Assembly: GCA_951406725.2 (NCBI GenBank)
Contig: OX597815.1
Location: 1,240,001 to 1,304,000, forward strand
Length of the DNA stretch: 64,000 nt
DNA from: Octopus vulgaris
Taxonomy: Eukaryota
Direction of reading: 5' to 3'
Below the pieces are notes generated by a model, which worked only from the letters and a program-made list of their open reading frames with translations, was not told where the DNA came from and ran no database searches. Every line of letters begins with the position of its first letter. Position 1 is the stretch's first letter. Below are positions 1 to 11,866 of the stretch, piece by piece. The position numbers were made by a program, and so were the translations under genes.

Positions 1-296
1 CCAGAGCGGCAAGAGGCTTGTTCGACCATAAAATTAAAATCTAAACAGTGGCTCTTTAATTCTTCAAGTTGCTTTAGCCCAGGTCAAGCTGGATTGAGCA
101 AACCTCAAATCAGAGGCTTTCCACCCATGACCATCCTGTTTGTCTTACCCTAACCATTGAGTACATATGACTATACTTTTCAAAGTGCCCTTCTTTAACA
201 AGACAACATAAGTTGAGGGATGTTTGACTACTCTTTTCTGTAGGTCAACTGACCACCAGGAAGCTGCTACATTCATTCGACCATTTTCTGTAGACA

Positions 297-471
297 ATCA
301 TCATCATCATTTAACGTCCGTTTTCCACGCTAGCATGGGTTGGACGGTTCAACCGGGGTCTGGGAAGCCAGGAGGCTGCACCAGGCTCCAGTCTGATCTG
401 GCAGAGTTTCTACAGCTGGATGCCCTTCCTAATGCCAACCACTCCGAGAGTGTAGTGGGTGCTTTTTACGT
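297..471 (-). mobile_element. RTE-tail repeat family A (representative; more than 20 copies, e.g. 2136-2410, 3756-4205, 8452-8758, 14023-14320, 26400-27425, 36938-37180, 39128-39400, 41075-41315, 46660-47205, 48757-49320, 57926-58185, 62780-63805)
   Basis: Recurrent core GTTGGCGTTAGGAAGGGCATCCAGCTGTAGAAA...CCAACCCATGCTAGCATGGAAAGCGGACGTTAAACGATGATGATG; same sequence forms the 3' end of both RTE LINE remnants. Confidence 0.85.
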
Positions 472-899
472 GCTTTTTGTTTGAATCATTTCATTCACAC
501 TTATGATGAATAGGAAAGGCATGAACACCACAACACCAGCTCTCACCCATCAAGGAATATTTCTGATTTAGAATGGAATAACGTTTCCTGTAGTTGAGGA
601 CTTTGTTTCAGAACAAATCTGCTTTTGGGGTCTGTCCTGCTGCCCTCTGCTCTGGACAAGGGTCTTCTATTTTGACCCCAAACTGACCAATGCCTTGTGA
701 GAGAATTTGGGAGATAGAAACTGTAATGAAGCTCAGCATGTGTGCGTGCACATGTATGTGTGTGTGTATTTGTGTTTGTCTTTCATTTGTTGGCAACCAA
801 TGTTGGTTTGTTTACATCTCCATGACCAGCAGTTTGGGAAAAAGGGTCCGGTAAAATAAGTACCAGACTAAGAGTAAGTAACTCCTGGGGTCTCACCCT

Positions 900-1064
900 C
901 AGTGGTTCCCACCTTGTGGTCTTCGGACCACCAGGGGTCCGCAGAGGTAGTACTAGGTATCTGTGAACATGTTAAGCTGACAGACCTTTGAATATCCTGG
1001 AGTTCGTGGGAAAACTCATTTAAATAAAAGGGGTCCTTATTAGTGAAAAGGTTGGGAACCACTG
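900..1064. mobile_element. hAT (Charlie-like) MITE, about 165 bp, nested in a degenerate SINE
   Basis: TIRs CAGTGGTTCCCACCTT ... AAGGTTGGGAACCACTG; CAG-terminal TIR typical of hAT/Charlie; 8-bp TSD degenerate. Confidence 0.7.
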
Positions 1065-1649
1065 GTCAATCTGTTTCAAGGCACTGCTCCAGCATGGCTG
1101 CAATTCAATAATAAAAGAAGTCTATATAACAGACGTCAGCATGGACGACAGACATTGAATGATGATGATGATGATGCTCTCTCTACACAACTTCATAGAT
1201 GTCTGTCTTCCTATCTCTCTCTCTCTCTCTCTCTCACCTCAGCCCCTTATGTCACTATTTTTAAGTCCATATTTAAAAACTGACACAATTTCTCAAATTT
1301 CTTAAACAGAATTCTGTTTAAATGTTAGGACAATCTCAAAGAAATGGTGCCAGGTTTAACATCTTTCTAACCCTAATACAAGGAAAACTTTTCAGAGGAA
1401 ACCTTTTTGTTAATGTCAACAGACATTTGGTGGAGTAGAGAGTAATTTTAGTCCAGTCTCCAGTCGCCATCTGGTGGCATTAATTAAAAAGGTTTGTTAG
1501 TGTGAACAAAGCTTAGTGAGATGAGACACCATATTGTTCATGTTGATGATGATGATGATGATGATTTTGTGATCTAAGTTGGTTAGCAGAGAGGAACAAG
1601 GATAGCCAACCCTGCCCCCCACCGTATATTATTACCTCATACTTGTTGT

Positions 1650-1830
1650 TTAGTACTAGTTTCAGCTGATCTCTGATGAAAGATATTCCAGCTGTGACCA
1701 TCCTGTCTTTTATTCAGGCATACTGTATCAAAGATTAAATATACTTCCTTTTTTTTTTATGAGAGTAGGGTGTGATTTGAGGGAGATTTTAGTGACTGTT
1801 TTTAGCAGATCCGGCTTCCACCTAGCAGTC
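1650..1830 (+). repeat. Old unclassified interspersed repeat (also at about 60-250, 13300-13480, 22280-22550, 24480-24810, 52640-52960, 61000-61440)
   Basis: Recurring degenerate motifs TGATCAAAGxxATTCCAGCCATGACCATCC and GTGTGATTTGAGGGAGATTTAGCTGCTATTTCTAGCAG on both strands. Confidence 0.6.
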
Positions 1831-2424
1831 CCTATGCTGTCTAAACAGGATTCATTCCACTTTGGTATAACTTTATTTAGATTTAAGTAAAAGGGAAACG
1901 GTTTTTTATAAGTACTCTAAAATATTGTTTAGTCTGGCATTCTTTGTTGCTGTTGTTGTAGAGGAGGAGGGGGATATTTTCTTTCTAACTGGGCACGGAA
2001 TTCTTTGCATCTGGTGTAAACTGGGAATCAACCAGGAATTGAAACCTCATTGCTGTTCCAGTTTATCAGAAACTTAAAACTTAACGTTTGCTTGTCATTT
2101 TAATGATGGTGATGATGATGATGATGATAACAATCATCATCATCATCATCATCATTTAACGTCCGCATTCCATGCTGGCATGGGTTGGACGATTTTGACT
2201 GAGGTCTGGTGAACCAAACTCCAATCTTGATCTGGCAGAGTTTCTACAGCTGGATGCCCTTCCTAACACCAACCACTCCGAGAGTGTAGTGGGTGCTTTT
2301 TATGCGCCACCGGCACGAGGGCCAGTCAGGTGGTACTGGCAACGGCCATGCCCAAATGGTGCTTTTTACGTGCCACCTGCACAGGAGCCAGTCCGGCAGC
2401 ACTGGCGATGAAATAATAATAATG

Positions 2425-2458
<34 letters not shown>

Positions 2459-3093
2459 CAACAATAATTGTAGCTAATTTGGGTCCAAAATTCTCAGACG
2501 TTTCCTCCGAGAGATGCCTCCTCTGTTTCTTCTCCCAATAAAACCAGTTGCACGTCAGACATCATTCACCTCTCAGTCTCTTTCTATCTTTTTTGTGTTG
2601 CTAATAGCAACAACACTTGAAAACCTAACCTTACACACCTAAAACCTCTTTGCAATTAACATTATTTGCATATTAATTAAAAAGTAAGCTTCTTCAAGTT
2701 CATACCTCAAAACCTGTGTGTGTGTGTATGATGTGAGGATAAGTGTGTGTATATCTGTATGTATGTCTATGTGTGTGTGAATATAAAATGCTATTTGAAA
2801 CTGTTCTGAACATTTTAATCACAATTTCTCCATCTTTTTATTCCTTTTCTAAAAACTTTACACAACTTTCAGAAATAAGACTTGGTGCCGACCCTCAAAC
2901 CATTTCTTTCTAACTTTCTAAAATAACTCGGAGCCATTGGATTAGCTTACACCACAAACAAATATGATCTTGTTCTTTCTCTTACACACTCTGTGTGTGT
3001 GTATGTGTGTGTGTGTTAAAAATGCGATAAATTTGTGCTTTACACAGCTTTAGTAAGAGTTGTGTTCAAACGCCCCTACACACACACACTCTT

Positions 3094-3127
<34 letters not shown>

Positions 3128-4577
3128 TCTTTCTCTCACACATGCACACACACACTCACTCATAACGGGGTTTGTTTTGGGGTTAGGTTTAGGATTGTAT
3201 GAAGAAAACTATTTCAGGAACCTTTCTGTAAGGATGAATAAATAAGGAATGTTTAATCGGTGCCATGGGAATGGTTAAATGCGATGTAAAAGTAAGAAGG
3301 GAAAATTTCTTAGATTTTCACAAGGAACCAATTTCAGTGCGTTCTGACAGTAAAAACCATTTTATTTTCAACACCAACTCCCTCGGGAAAGGTATGAATG
3401 CCACAGCACAGATTTCCTATTTCTTAAAACCTGCTAAATCAAAATTAATCAATACTAGAAAACAATAAGACATTGAGATTTACCATTTCTATATTGGCTA
3501 TTCTACTGTTCTGAGTTCTAATTCTATGAGGGTCAACTTTTCAGCTTTCCGTGGTCAATGTAGCCAGAACCATTAGCATGCCAGGCAAGATGCTTAGCAG
3601 TATTTCATCTGCCTTACGTTCTGAGTTCAAATTCCACTGTGGTCGACTTTACCTTTCATCCCTCCACACATAATAAAATAAGCAGGAGTTGAAAGGAAGC
3701 GGGGTTCATCTAATCGACTCACCCCATTCCCTTGTACCAAAATTTGAAACCAATAATCATCATCATCATTGTTTAACGTCCGCTTTCCATGCTAGCATGG
3801 GTTGGATGATTTTGACTGAGGGCTGGCGAACCAGATGGCTGCACCAGGCTCCACTCTTGATCTGGCAGAGTTTTTACAGCTGGATACCCTCCCTAACACC
3901 AACCACTCCGAGAGTGTAGTTGGTGCTTTTTACGTGCCACCGGCACGGGGGCCAGTCAGGCGGTACTGGCAATGACCTCACTCGAATCTTTTTACACATG
4001 CCACCAGCACAGGTGCCAGTAAGGCGACGTTGATAACGATCACGCTCGAATGGTGCCCTTTTATGTGCCACCAGCATGGAAGCCAGTTGGCTGCTCTGGC
4101 AATGATCACGCTTGGATGGTGCTCTTGGCACCCTACTAGCACGGGGCACAAGTGCCAGTAAGGTGACGCTGGTAACGATCACACTCAAATGGTGCCCTTT
4201 TATGTGTATATACACATACTTAAGAAACACACACATTAAGAGATTAGGCTTGACTCTGCAGTTCCTATTTGACATTAATTATAAGTAAACCAAAAACAAT
4301 GAAAATAAGAAGTAAAAAAAAATCAAAAGTATATTCGTTAAATATTTAATTGTTTCAACAAAAGAAATCAAATGTCCAACAGAGATTTGTAATTAAAAAC
4401 TGCTGAGTTGTTCTCATTTGTTTGGTTTAATTACAAATTATAAATGTTTAAATAGAAATTATAATAGCAGTAATTCTAATAATTCTCTTTGGTAAAAGTG
4501 TTTTTAGAGCTGTTTGTGTCAAACAATAAGTTTATATAATAATAATAATGATAATAATAATAATAGAAATGATTACC

Positions 4578-5350
4578 ATCATCGTCATTGTTTAATGTCT
4601 GCTTTCATGCTGGCATGGGTTGGACAATCATTTAGCATCCATTTTCCATACTGGCATGGGTTAGATGGTTTGACCGGAATTGGTAAGCTGGAGATTGCAC
4701 CAGGTTCCAGTCTGATTTTGGCTTGGACTCTATAGTTGGATGTCCTTCTTAACATCACCCACTCCAAGAGTGTAGTGGGTGCCTTTTATGTGCCACTGGC
4801 ATGAGTGCCTTTGATGTGACACCAGCATCAGCCATGACTATGATTTCATTTGGCCTGATGGAGTCTTCTCAAGCACTGCAAACTGCCAAAGATCTCGGTC
4901 ATTTGTCATCGCCTCCGTGAGACCCACCTCATCCAATATCTTCCACCTCTTCCATGGGTTCCCTCCACAGTTAGGGATCAACATTTCCTTATGCTGTTAT
5001 CCTTTATGCATCGCATGACCATATTGTTCTAGTCATCTCTCTGGCACACCACATCTAATGCCTCTTATGCCCAAATTTTCTTTCAGGGCACTTACACTCT
5101 GTCGTACATGCACACTGACCTTACACGTCCAGCAGTCACAGCCCATGTTCCACTGCCATGTAGCATGGCTGTCTGGACACAGGCGTCATACAATCTGCCT
5201 TTTCCTCTGAGGGACAGGTTCTTTGTTACCAACAGAGGTAGGAGCTCTCTGAACTTTGCCCAGCCTATTCTTATTCTAGTGGCTATGCTCTCAGAGCATC
5301 CACCTCTGTCACTGACTTGGTCACCTAGGTAATGGAAGCTATCAACTACT
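4578..5350 (-). mobile_element. RTE-clade LINE 3' remnant (ORF C-terminus plus 3' UTR and (GAT)n tail)
   Basis: Minus-strand translation VVDSFHYLGDQVSDRGGCSESIATRIRIGWAKFRELLPLLVTKNLSLRGKGRLYDACVQTAMLHGSG...LGIRGIRCGV is a typical RTE post-RT region; runs into the abundant (GAT)n-tailed repeat. Confidence 0.85.
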
Positions 5351-5900
5351 TAACGTTTGGTGTCCATGCTGGCATGGGTTGGACGGTTTGACCAGAGCTG
5401 ACCAGCTGGAGAGCTGCACCAGACCCCGGTCTGTTTTGTCATGGTTTCTATGGCTGGATGCCTTTCCTAGTGCCAACCACTTTACAGAGTGTGCTGGATG
5501 CTCTTATGTGGCACCGGCATGAGTGCTTTCCCCATAGCCCCAGCACAACACTTTTGCAGGCCAATCGTCTTCTCCAGGGGGAGCAGATGTAACACTTCTG
5601 CTGTGAAGTACGGGTTTTCTTGAGTATGCATGGATCTCTAGAACCGAATCATTTGTGCAGGACATTTGGCCAAAAATTGAACCCTCATAAATTGTCTTCG
5701 TCGGAAGGGTCCAAGACTATTATTATTATTATTATTATTATTAATAGCAATGAGCTGGCAGAATCATTAGCATACTGGGCAAAATGCGTACTTGCATTCC
5801 GTCCATCTTTAGGTTCTGAGTTCAAATTCCACTGAAATTGACTCCCCCACCCCACCGAAATTTCTGACTTTGTACCACAATTTGAAACGACTACTACTAT

Positions 5901-5933
<33 letters not shown>

Positions 5934-6747
5934 ACCACTATTGCTGAACATCTACCATTGTTATTTGTGTAATGTGTTCCAGTTCTCCCCTCCTTGACTC
6001 CCTAGAATAGACTAGAATCCCAAACAAAGCCAAGAGGGAAACATGAAACATGGCTGTTGGGGTTAATAAGTTTGTTCCACAAGTCACAGTTATCAATGGA
6101 CAATATTTCATTGCAAAGACAAGTGCCATCCTCTTGAAGAGCTAATTCTACTGATGAGTCAACATCTGTGTTATTTCAGGTTCTTGACCAAACTTGCTCT
6201 TCCTGGCACTGCCATCTCTAAACATTACCACCACTTGTTGTTGTTGTTATTATTATTATTATTATTATTAAAGTGGTGAGCTGGCAAAATTGTTAGCATG
6301 CTGGGTGAAATGCTTAGCAGTATTTCATCTGCCGTTACGTTCTGAGTTCAAATTTCGCCGAGGTCAACTTTGCCTTTCATCCTTTCGGAGTCGATGAAAT
6401 AAGTACCAGTTACGCACTGGGGTCGATGCAATCGACTTAATCCGTTTGTCTGTCCTTGTTTGTCCTCTCTGTGTTTAGCCCCTTGTGGGTAGTAAAGAAA
6501 TAGGTATTTCGTCTGCCGCTACGTTCTGAGTTCAAATTTTACCGAGATTGACTTTGCCTTTCATCCTTTCGGGGGTCGATAAATTAAGTACCAGTTACGT
6601 ACTAGGGTCAGTGTAATCAACTATCCCCATACCCCAAAATTTCAGCCCTTGTGCCTGTAGTAGAAACGATTATTGTTGTTAGCTGATAATTCTGTCATAG
6701 CTGTGTTGTTTTCATTTTCTAATCCAAAACTGATAACAAAATTATTT

Positions 6748-6990
6748 TAAATTTACATTATTTACAATTGCTGGATATTTGTCCTCATCTTGTTTGTTGT
6801 TAACACAATGTTTCGGCTGATATACCCTCCAGCCTTCATCAGGCGTCTTGGGGAAATTTTGAACCTGGGTTCTCACTCCTAAGGTATTTTTCGTTGCTAT
6901 TATTACTATAATTATTCAGGTCACTGCCCGGAATTGAACTTGGAATCTTGGGGTTAGTAGCCTGTGCTCTTAACCACTATGCCATATCCC
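6748..6990 (-). mobile_element. tRNA-headed SINE-like element carrying a hammerhead motif (second copy 47480-47690)
   Basis: Minus strand: tRNA head ATGGCATAGTGGTTAAGAGCACAGGCTACTAACCCCAAGATTCCAAGTTCAATTCC, (AAT)n spacer, unique body, hammerhead core, (TGTAAATAA)n-like tail. Confidence 0.72.
6802..6847 (-). ncRNA. Minimal type-I hammerhead ribozyme motif (partly decayed)
   Basis: Minus: GACGC-CTGATGA-A-GGCTG(GAGGGTATAT)CAGCC-GAAA-CATT-GTGTT; core boxes, perfect 5-bp stem II, stem I GACGC/GTGTT; stem III ACGT appears decayed to ACAT. Confidence 0.62.
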
Positions 6991-7498
6991 TGTTCCAATA
7001 TTCTTATTAACAATGCAAATATCGTATTTGAATAATTTACAATTGTAGATAATAAATGTAGAACTGGGATTCCCTTTTTTTAAAAGGTTTTTATTTATAG
7101 GGGCAGGCATGGCTGTGTGGTAAGAAGCTTGCTTCCCGTTCACATGGGTCAAGGTTCAGTCCCATTGCATAGCACCTTCTACAACAGCCTTGGGTAGATG
7201 AAGCCTTTTGAGTGGATTTGGTAGATGGAAACTGAAAGAAGCATGTCATAGATATATAATATTTGTGAGTATGTGTGTGTATTTTAAACCCCACCCCCCG
7301 AGAACTGGTGTTGGTGTGTTTACGTCCCTATAACTTAACAGTTTGACAAAAGACACTGATGGAATAAGTATCAAGATTAAAAGAAGAAAAATAACAGAGT
7401 TGATTTGTTTGTCTAAAATTCTTCAAGGTGGTGCCCCAACATGGTCGCAGTCTAAAGAGAGAAAGAAAGAAAGAAAGAGAAATCTGTGTGTTTTTTAA

Positions 7499-7726
7499 CA
7501 CTTTCGTTACTGTATTTATTTTGAAATACTCTGCGTTTCTTTCAATTACTTGAAATATAACAAAGAATTTAGTAAAATAACTTGATTATTATCATTCAGC
7601 TAGTGTTAGGAACATAAATTGTAACTAAGGTTTGGTGGAAGATTTTAATTCAAAACTTATGAAAACAAGACATTTATTCTAAAGAGCCAGAGCCGGTTTC
7701 AGCCGGGTTGGTAACGAAAGGGGGGG
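7499..7726. mobile_element. piggyBac-like MITE
   Basis: TTAA|CACTTTCGTTAC ... GTAACGAAAGGG|(G)nTTA termini; no ORF. Confidence 0.55.
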
Positions 7727-8977
7727 TTATTATTATGTTCTGTAGGGATTCTCATGAATGTACGAACAAACCCAGATCTAAGTTAAGCGATATTTTGTAG
7801 GGAAGGAGGTATCTTTCGTAGAAAAAAGGGGGCTGCTAAATTTGGCACAGCTTTGGTTAGGGGAATATTTGAGAAAGACGAAAGGCCCAGCAAGCAGCTA
7901 TCATCGTCTAAATATCTTCTGTGTTGGGCTGCTGGCAACATAAACAGTTTTGGGAGAACTTAGTTAAGGATTTCAAACGAAGGCATTTTTAACTGCTATT
8001 TAATAACCGAATTTAAATTTAACGACAAAATTTTGAAGAGAAATACTAAGGTTTTTTTAAAAGCTTTCAGTTATTCTGGGGATAAAAGAGAGAAAAATAC
8101 AATAAAGAAAGAAACAAAATAGTAGTTTTTTTTTTTCGTTTTTTTGTGTTTGTTTGTTAAATGAAGTTGGGAATTGTTTAAAGCTGTTTGCAGCTGTTGT
8201 GGAAGATCTGGCAGTTTTCCACATTTAATGAAACCTCGTTTGCTCGTTTATATTACATATTCCTGATTATAAAATGGATTAAAATAGATTTAGAAATTTA
8301 GATGTTGGTTTTTGTTTCAGGGTTTTTAGACAGACCCCTCAAGGGGAAAAAACAAAACACATACACACACATACAAATACATGTATATAATGCATATAAA
8401 TGTGTGTATACATACACACATGCAAACTGTGTGTGTGTGTGTGTGTGTGTGTCAAGTACATCAAAATAAATATCAAATGGAAATTGTAGTTGTGATACCT
8501 GTGCTGGTGGCATATTAAAAGCACCATTCGAACGTGGCCGATGCCAGCGCCGCTTTCACTGGCTTCCGTGCTGGTGGCATGTAAAAAGCACCCTCTACAC
8601 TCATGGAGTGGTTGGCATTAGGAAGGGCATCAAGCTGTAGAAACTCTGCCAGATCAGACTGGAGCCTGATGCAGCCTCCATGGCTTCCCAGACCCCGGTC
8701 GAACCGTCCAACCCATGCTAGCATGGAAAATGGACATTAAACAATGATGATGATGATGTGTGTGTGTATTTAGATATTTGTGGCTGTGTGGTAAGAAGCT
8801 TGTTTCCCAACCACTTGGTTTTGGGTTCAGTCCCACCACGTAACACCTTGAGCAAGGGTCTTCTAGTAAAGCTTTGGGATGACCAAAGCCCCTTGTAAGA
8901 GTGGATTTGGTAGACAGAAACGGAAAGATCATCATGTATTTATATATATGTATATATACATACATACATATATATAT

Positions 8978-9160
8978 ATGCTTTATTTAAAAGCAGCAGA
9001 AACATAACAAAAGCTGTTACTCAGACAAACGGGAACGTGAAGCTCTGAGTAACAGCTTTTGTTATATTTTTGCTGCTTTTAAATAAAGCGTATTACTCTA
9101 CCTCTGGTATTTGAGTACTCTTTTTTCCACCTTGTTTCACATTTATGTGCATACTCCGGG
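8978..9160 (+). mobile_element. Penelope-like terminal-repeat fragment with inverted 5' duplication (same family as 40941-41072)
   Basis: 9044-9150 nearly identical to 40967-41072 (AATAAA, TTACTCTACCTCTGGTATTTGAGTACTC); 8978-9025 is its reverse complement. Confidence 0.6.
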
Positions 9161-10019
9161 ATATATATATATATATATATATACACATACATACATACAT
9201 ATGTGGGATCCCATATGGATGGGCGTGTGTGTGTTGGTGTGTTTATGTCCCGTTAACTTAACAGTTTGGCAAAAGAGACTGATAGAATAAGTACCAGGCT
9301 TGAAAAATATGCACTGAGGTCAGTTAATTTGACTAAACATTCTTCAAGCGGTGCCCCAGTATGGCCACAGTCTGATGAATGAAACAAGTAAAATGTATCT
9401 TCAGATTTATCAGTAAATTATGATGATGATGTGAATATTGTTTAGCCGTAGGTCAATACTGATCAAGCCATGACCACCCCATTTATGGATAACTAGAACT
9501 TCATTGCCTAATGTGTCTTTATGTTTTTTTTGAGACATTCGGCTGCTATATTTAGCATGTAGACTGGGCTTGCAGTGGCTCAAACGTGAAGATCCTGCTT
9601 CTGTAGATGAAACTGATTACTTATGGAACAGACACAATTGTCAAAGACTACAAATGCCGTAGTATTTTGGTTTTACTATAAAATACCGATTCCATTCACT
9701 CTCTCTGCTTTCTTTGGCCGTTCTTTAATTCTCAGAAGAATTGAATTACCATGACAGGATGTTTCTATAGACATTCTCTGTTTCTTTAATTTAATTCAAG
9801 GAATTTAATACATTCCTTTCACTGTGTGAAGCTTCTAGGGTTTCAGTTTGGCCTCGTATTGTAATCCCTTCTCTGTGGCCCTGACACACTTCAATCTCAA
9901 TGACTCATTCTATATGCAACAATGACTGTGATAAAGAAGCTTGCTTCCCAACCACATGGTTCCAGGTTCAGTCCCACTATATGGCACTTTTGGTATGTGT
10001 CTTTTACATTAGCTTTTGG

Positions 10020-10125
10020 GTCAACCATTACCTTATAAGTGAATTTGGTTGGCACAACTGTATGGCAAACGTGATGATGTGCTTCCATACAGTTGTGCCA
10101 ACCAAATTCACTTATAATGGTTGAC
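10020..10125. repeat. Fold-back hairpin with 33-bp perfect stem
   Basis: TTATAAGTGAATTTGGTTGGCACAACTGTATGG (10033-10065) pairs with CCATACAGTTGTGCCAACCAAATTCACTTATAA (10085-10117); extends with GTCAACCA/TGGTTGAC. Confidence 0.9.
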
Positions 10126-10145
10126 AAATATTAAAAAAACATTAC

Positions 10146-10189
<44 letters not shown>

Positions 10190-11401
10190 ATAGCCTTGTC
10201 TTTTGACATCATGTGAGGGTTGTAAACAAGCATCACTCTCATACAAGCAGTGTCATCAGTTTTTAGTGTTTCATGAAGAACATGTCTGGCCATTCCTTGC
10301 CTGGGAACAGAAGTATGCCATGAGGTTGTGCACGAAGGAAAGACAGACACCAAACAATTTCTGCTCATTCTTCATATATTCTGACAAATTCAAATGTGAG
10401 TATCTGAGGATTGTGAATTGATGCATTGTGTGTCTTCTGAGCACCCAGCATCCAAAGGCTGGACGTATTCTCTGATGAGGAAATACAACGGTGATCAGCT
10501 TATCACACATTTGAATCTGCCAGAACCTATCAATGCATTACAATAAACGATAGATATTATCCTCTGTAATGAAGCGTTGCACCCTACTAGACATCGTGAC
10601 GACATAACACCCCCCCCTCTCATAATAAACTGAACAACTGGAATGGTTTCCTCCTGTGTCTTTATTGCCGTCTTCACGCCTTCCACTTCTGTCTCTCTAC
10701 AGTTTTAGTTACAAAAAACATCTGCTGCCATTTTTATATCAGACAGTTTCTTTTAGAGTCAACAGTTTCCAGTGGAACAAATTGGTGCTAAATATGAGAA
10801 CGGCTTACTATGTTTAGGCACTAAAATTACAGCCATGATTACTAATCTCTCTGTCGGACTACTGTTCTGTGTCAGGCGGAAAAACATTTCTATCCAGTTT
10901 TTTTTTTTTTTCCTTTTAGAAAAAGAAAATATGGTGTGTGTCTTTCTCTAAGAAGGGTCTTATCTGCAGCATAAGAATTCTTCTCCTCAACACTGCACAA
11001 ATGCTATCTGCTTTTTAGTTTTTTTAATTTTCTGACAGGATTCTGGTAGGGTTAGGTTTTCAACTTGCAACATTATCTCTGCTAACATTGACCTCTAGGT
11101 TGCTTTTCCGTTAATGGCTACGGTACACCCACAAAAGACAAAACATTAATGTGAGTCAGGCATGGGATATAAGCATGGCTGTGTGGGAGGATGTTTACTT
11201 CCTAACCACGAGGTTTCAAGTTCAGTTCCACTGTGTGGCACCTTGGACAAGTGTCTTCTTTTATAGGCCAACCAAAGCCTTGTGAGTGGATTTGGTAGAT
11301 GGAAACTGAAAGAAGCCCATCATATATATATATATATGAATTTTTTGTGTAATGAGATAAAAAAGCCAAGGCTGTGTAGATATTAGAACATTTATAGATA
11401 G

Positions 11402-11453
11402 GTCTTACAGCTGTTTCTAAGATATTAATTAATAATATCCCTTCATCGGAGAT
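11402..11453 (-). ncRNA. Hammerhead variant (CCGATGA core) in a Penelope-like remnant, about 11340-11815
   Basis: Minus: TCT-CCGATGA-A-GGGATATT...AATATCTTA-GAAA-CAGCTG-TA-AGA; palindromic stem III ACAGCTGT, GUA site. Confidence 0.5.
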
Positions 11454-11812
11454 GATGCGAGAGGAAAAGTTAAGTCATAGTTAGTTTCGATGTGATATAA
11501 ATAGAGAGTGAGGTGGAGGAAAGAAAATAGATGTAAGATATGTATGGTTATTGAGTTCATAAATCCGTTTTATAGGCATAATGGTATATATGTGTATTAT
11601 TCCAATATCCTTTGAGTAAAATCCAAAAGTCCAACAGGGTTTAATATGAGTCCATCCAGATGTAAAGTTTATAAGCAATGTAAGATTCTCTTAAAGTTGG
11701 TCCTTACCAGTAGGGAATTTATATAGAATGTAGCAGATTCTTCAAGGTTTGTGTTTAAACTGACCTAGAAATAGGGAGTGTATTAGTTTGGTCAAATTGA
11801 AAACACGAAACC

Positions 11813-11866
<54 letters not shown>

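Noticed and set aside
3920-4205. Repeat-spacer pattern reminiscent of a CRISPR array
   Set aside because: Spacers are homologous to each other, the array is inside a retroelement UTR, the DNA is eukaryotic and there are no cas genes
6915-6990. Apparent minus-strand tRNA gene
   Set aside because: Imperfect cloverleaf and linked to the same body at two loci, so treated as a SINE head
7740-8300. Repeat-free AT-rich stretch that could be an enhancer or conserved non-coding element
   Set aside because: No support from sequence alone; needs cross-species alignment or chromatin data
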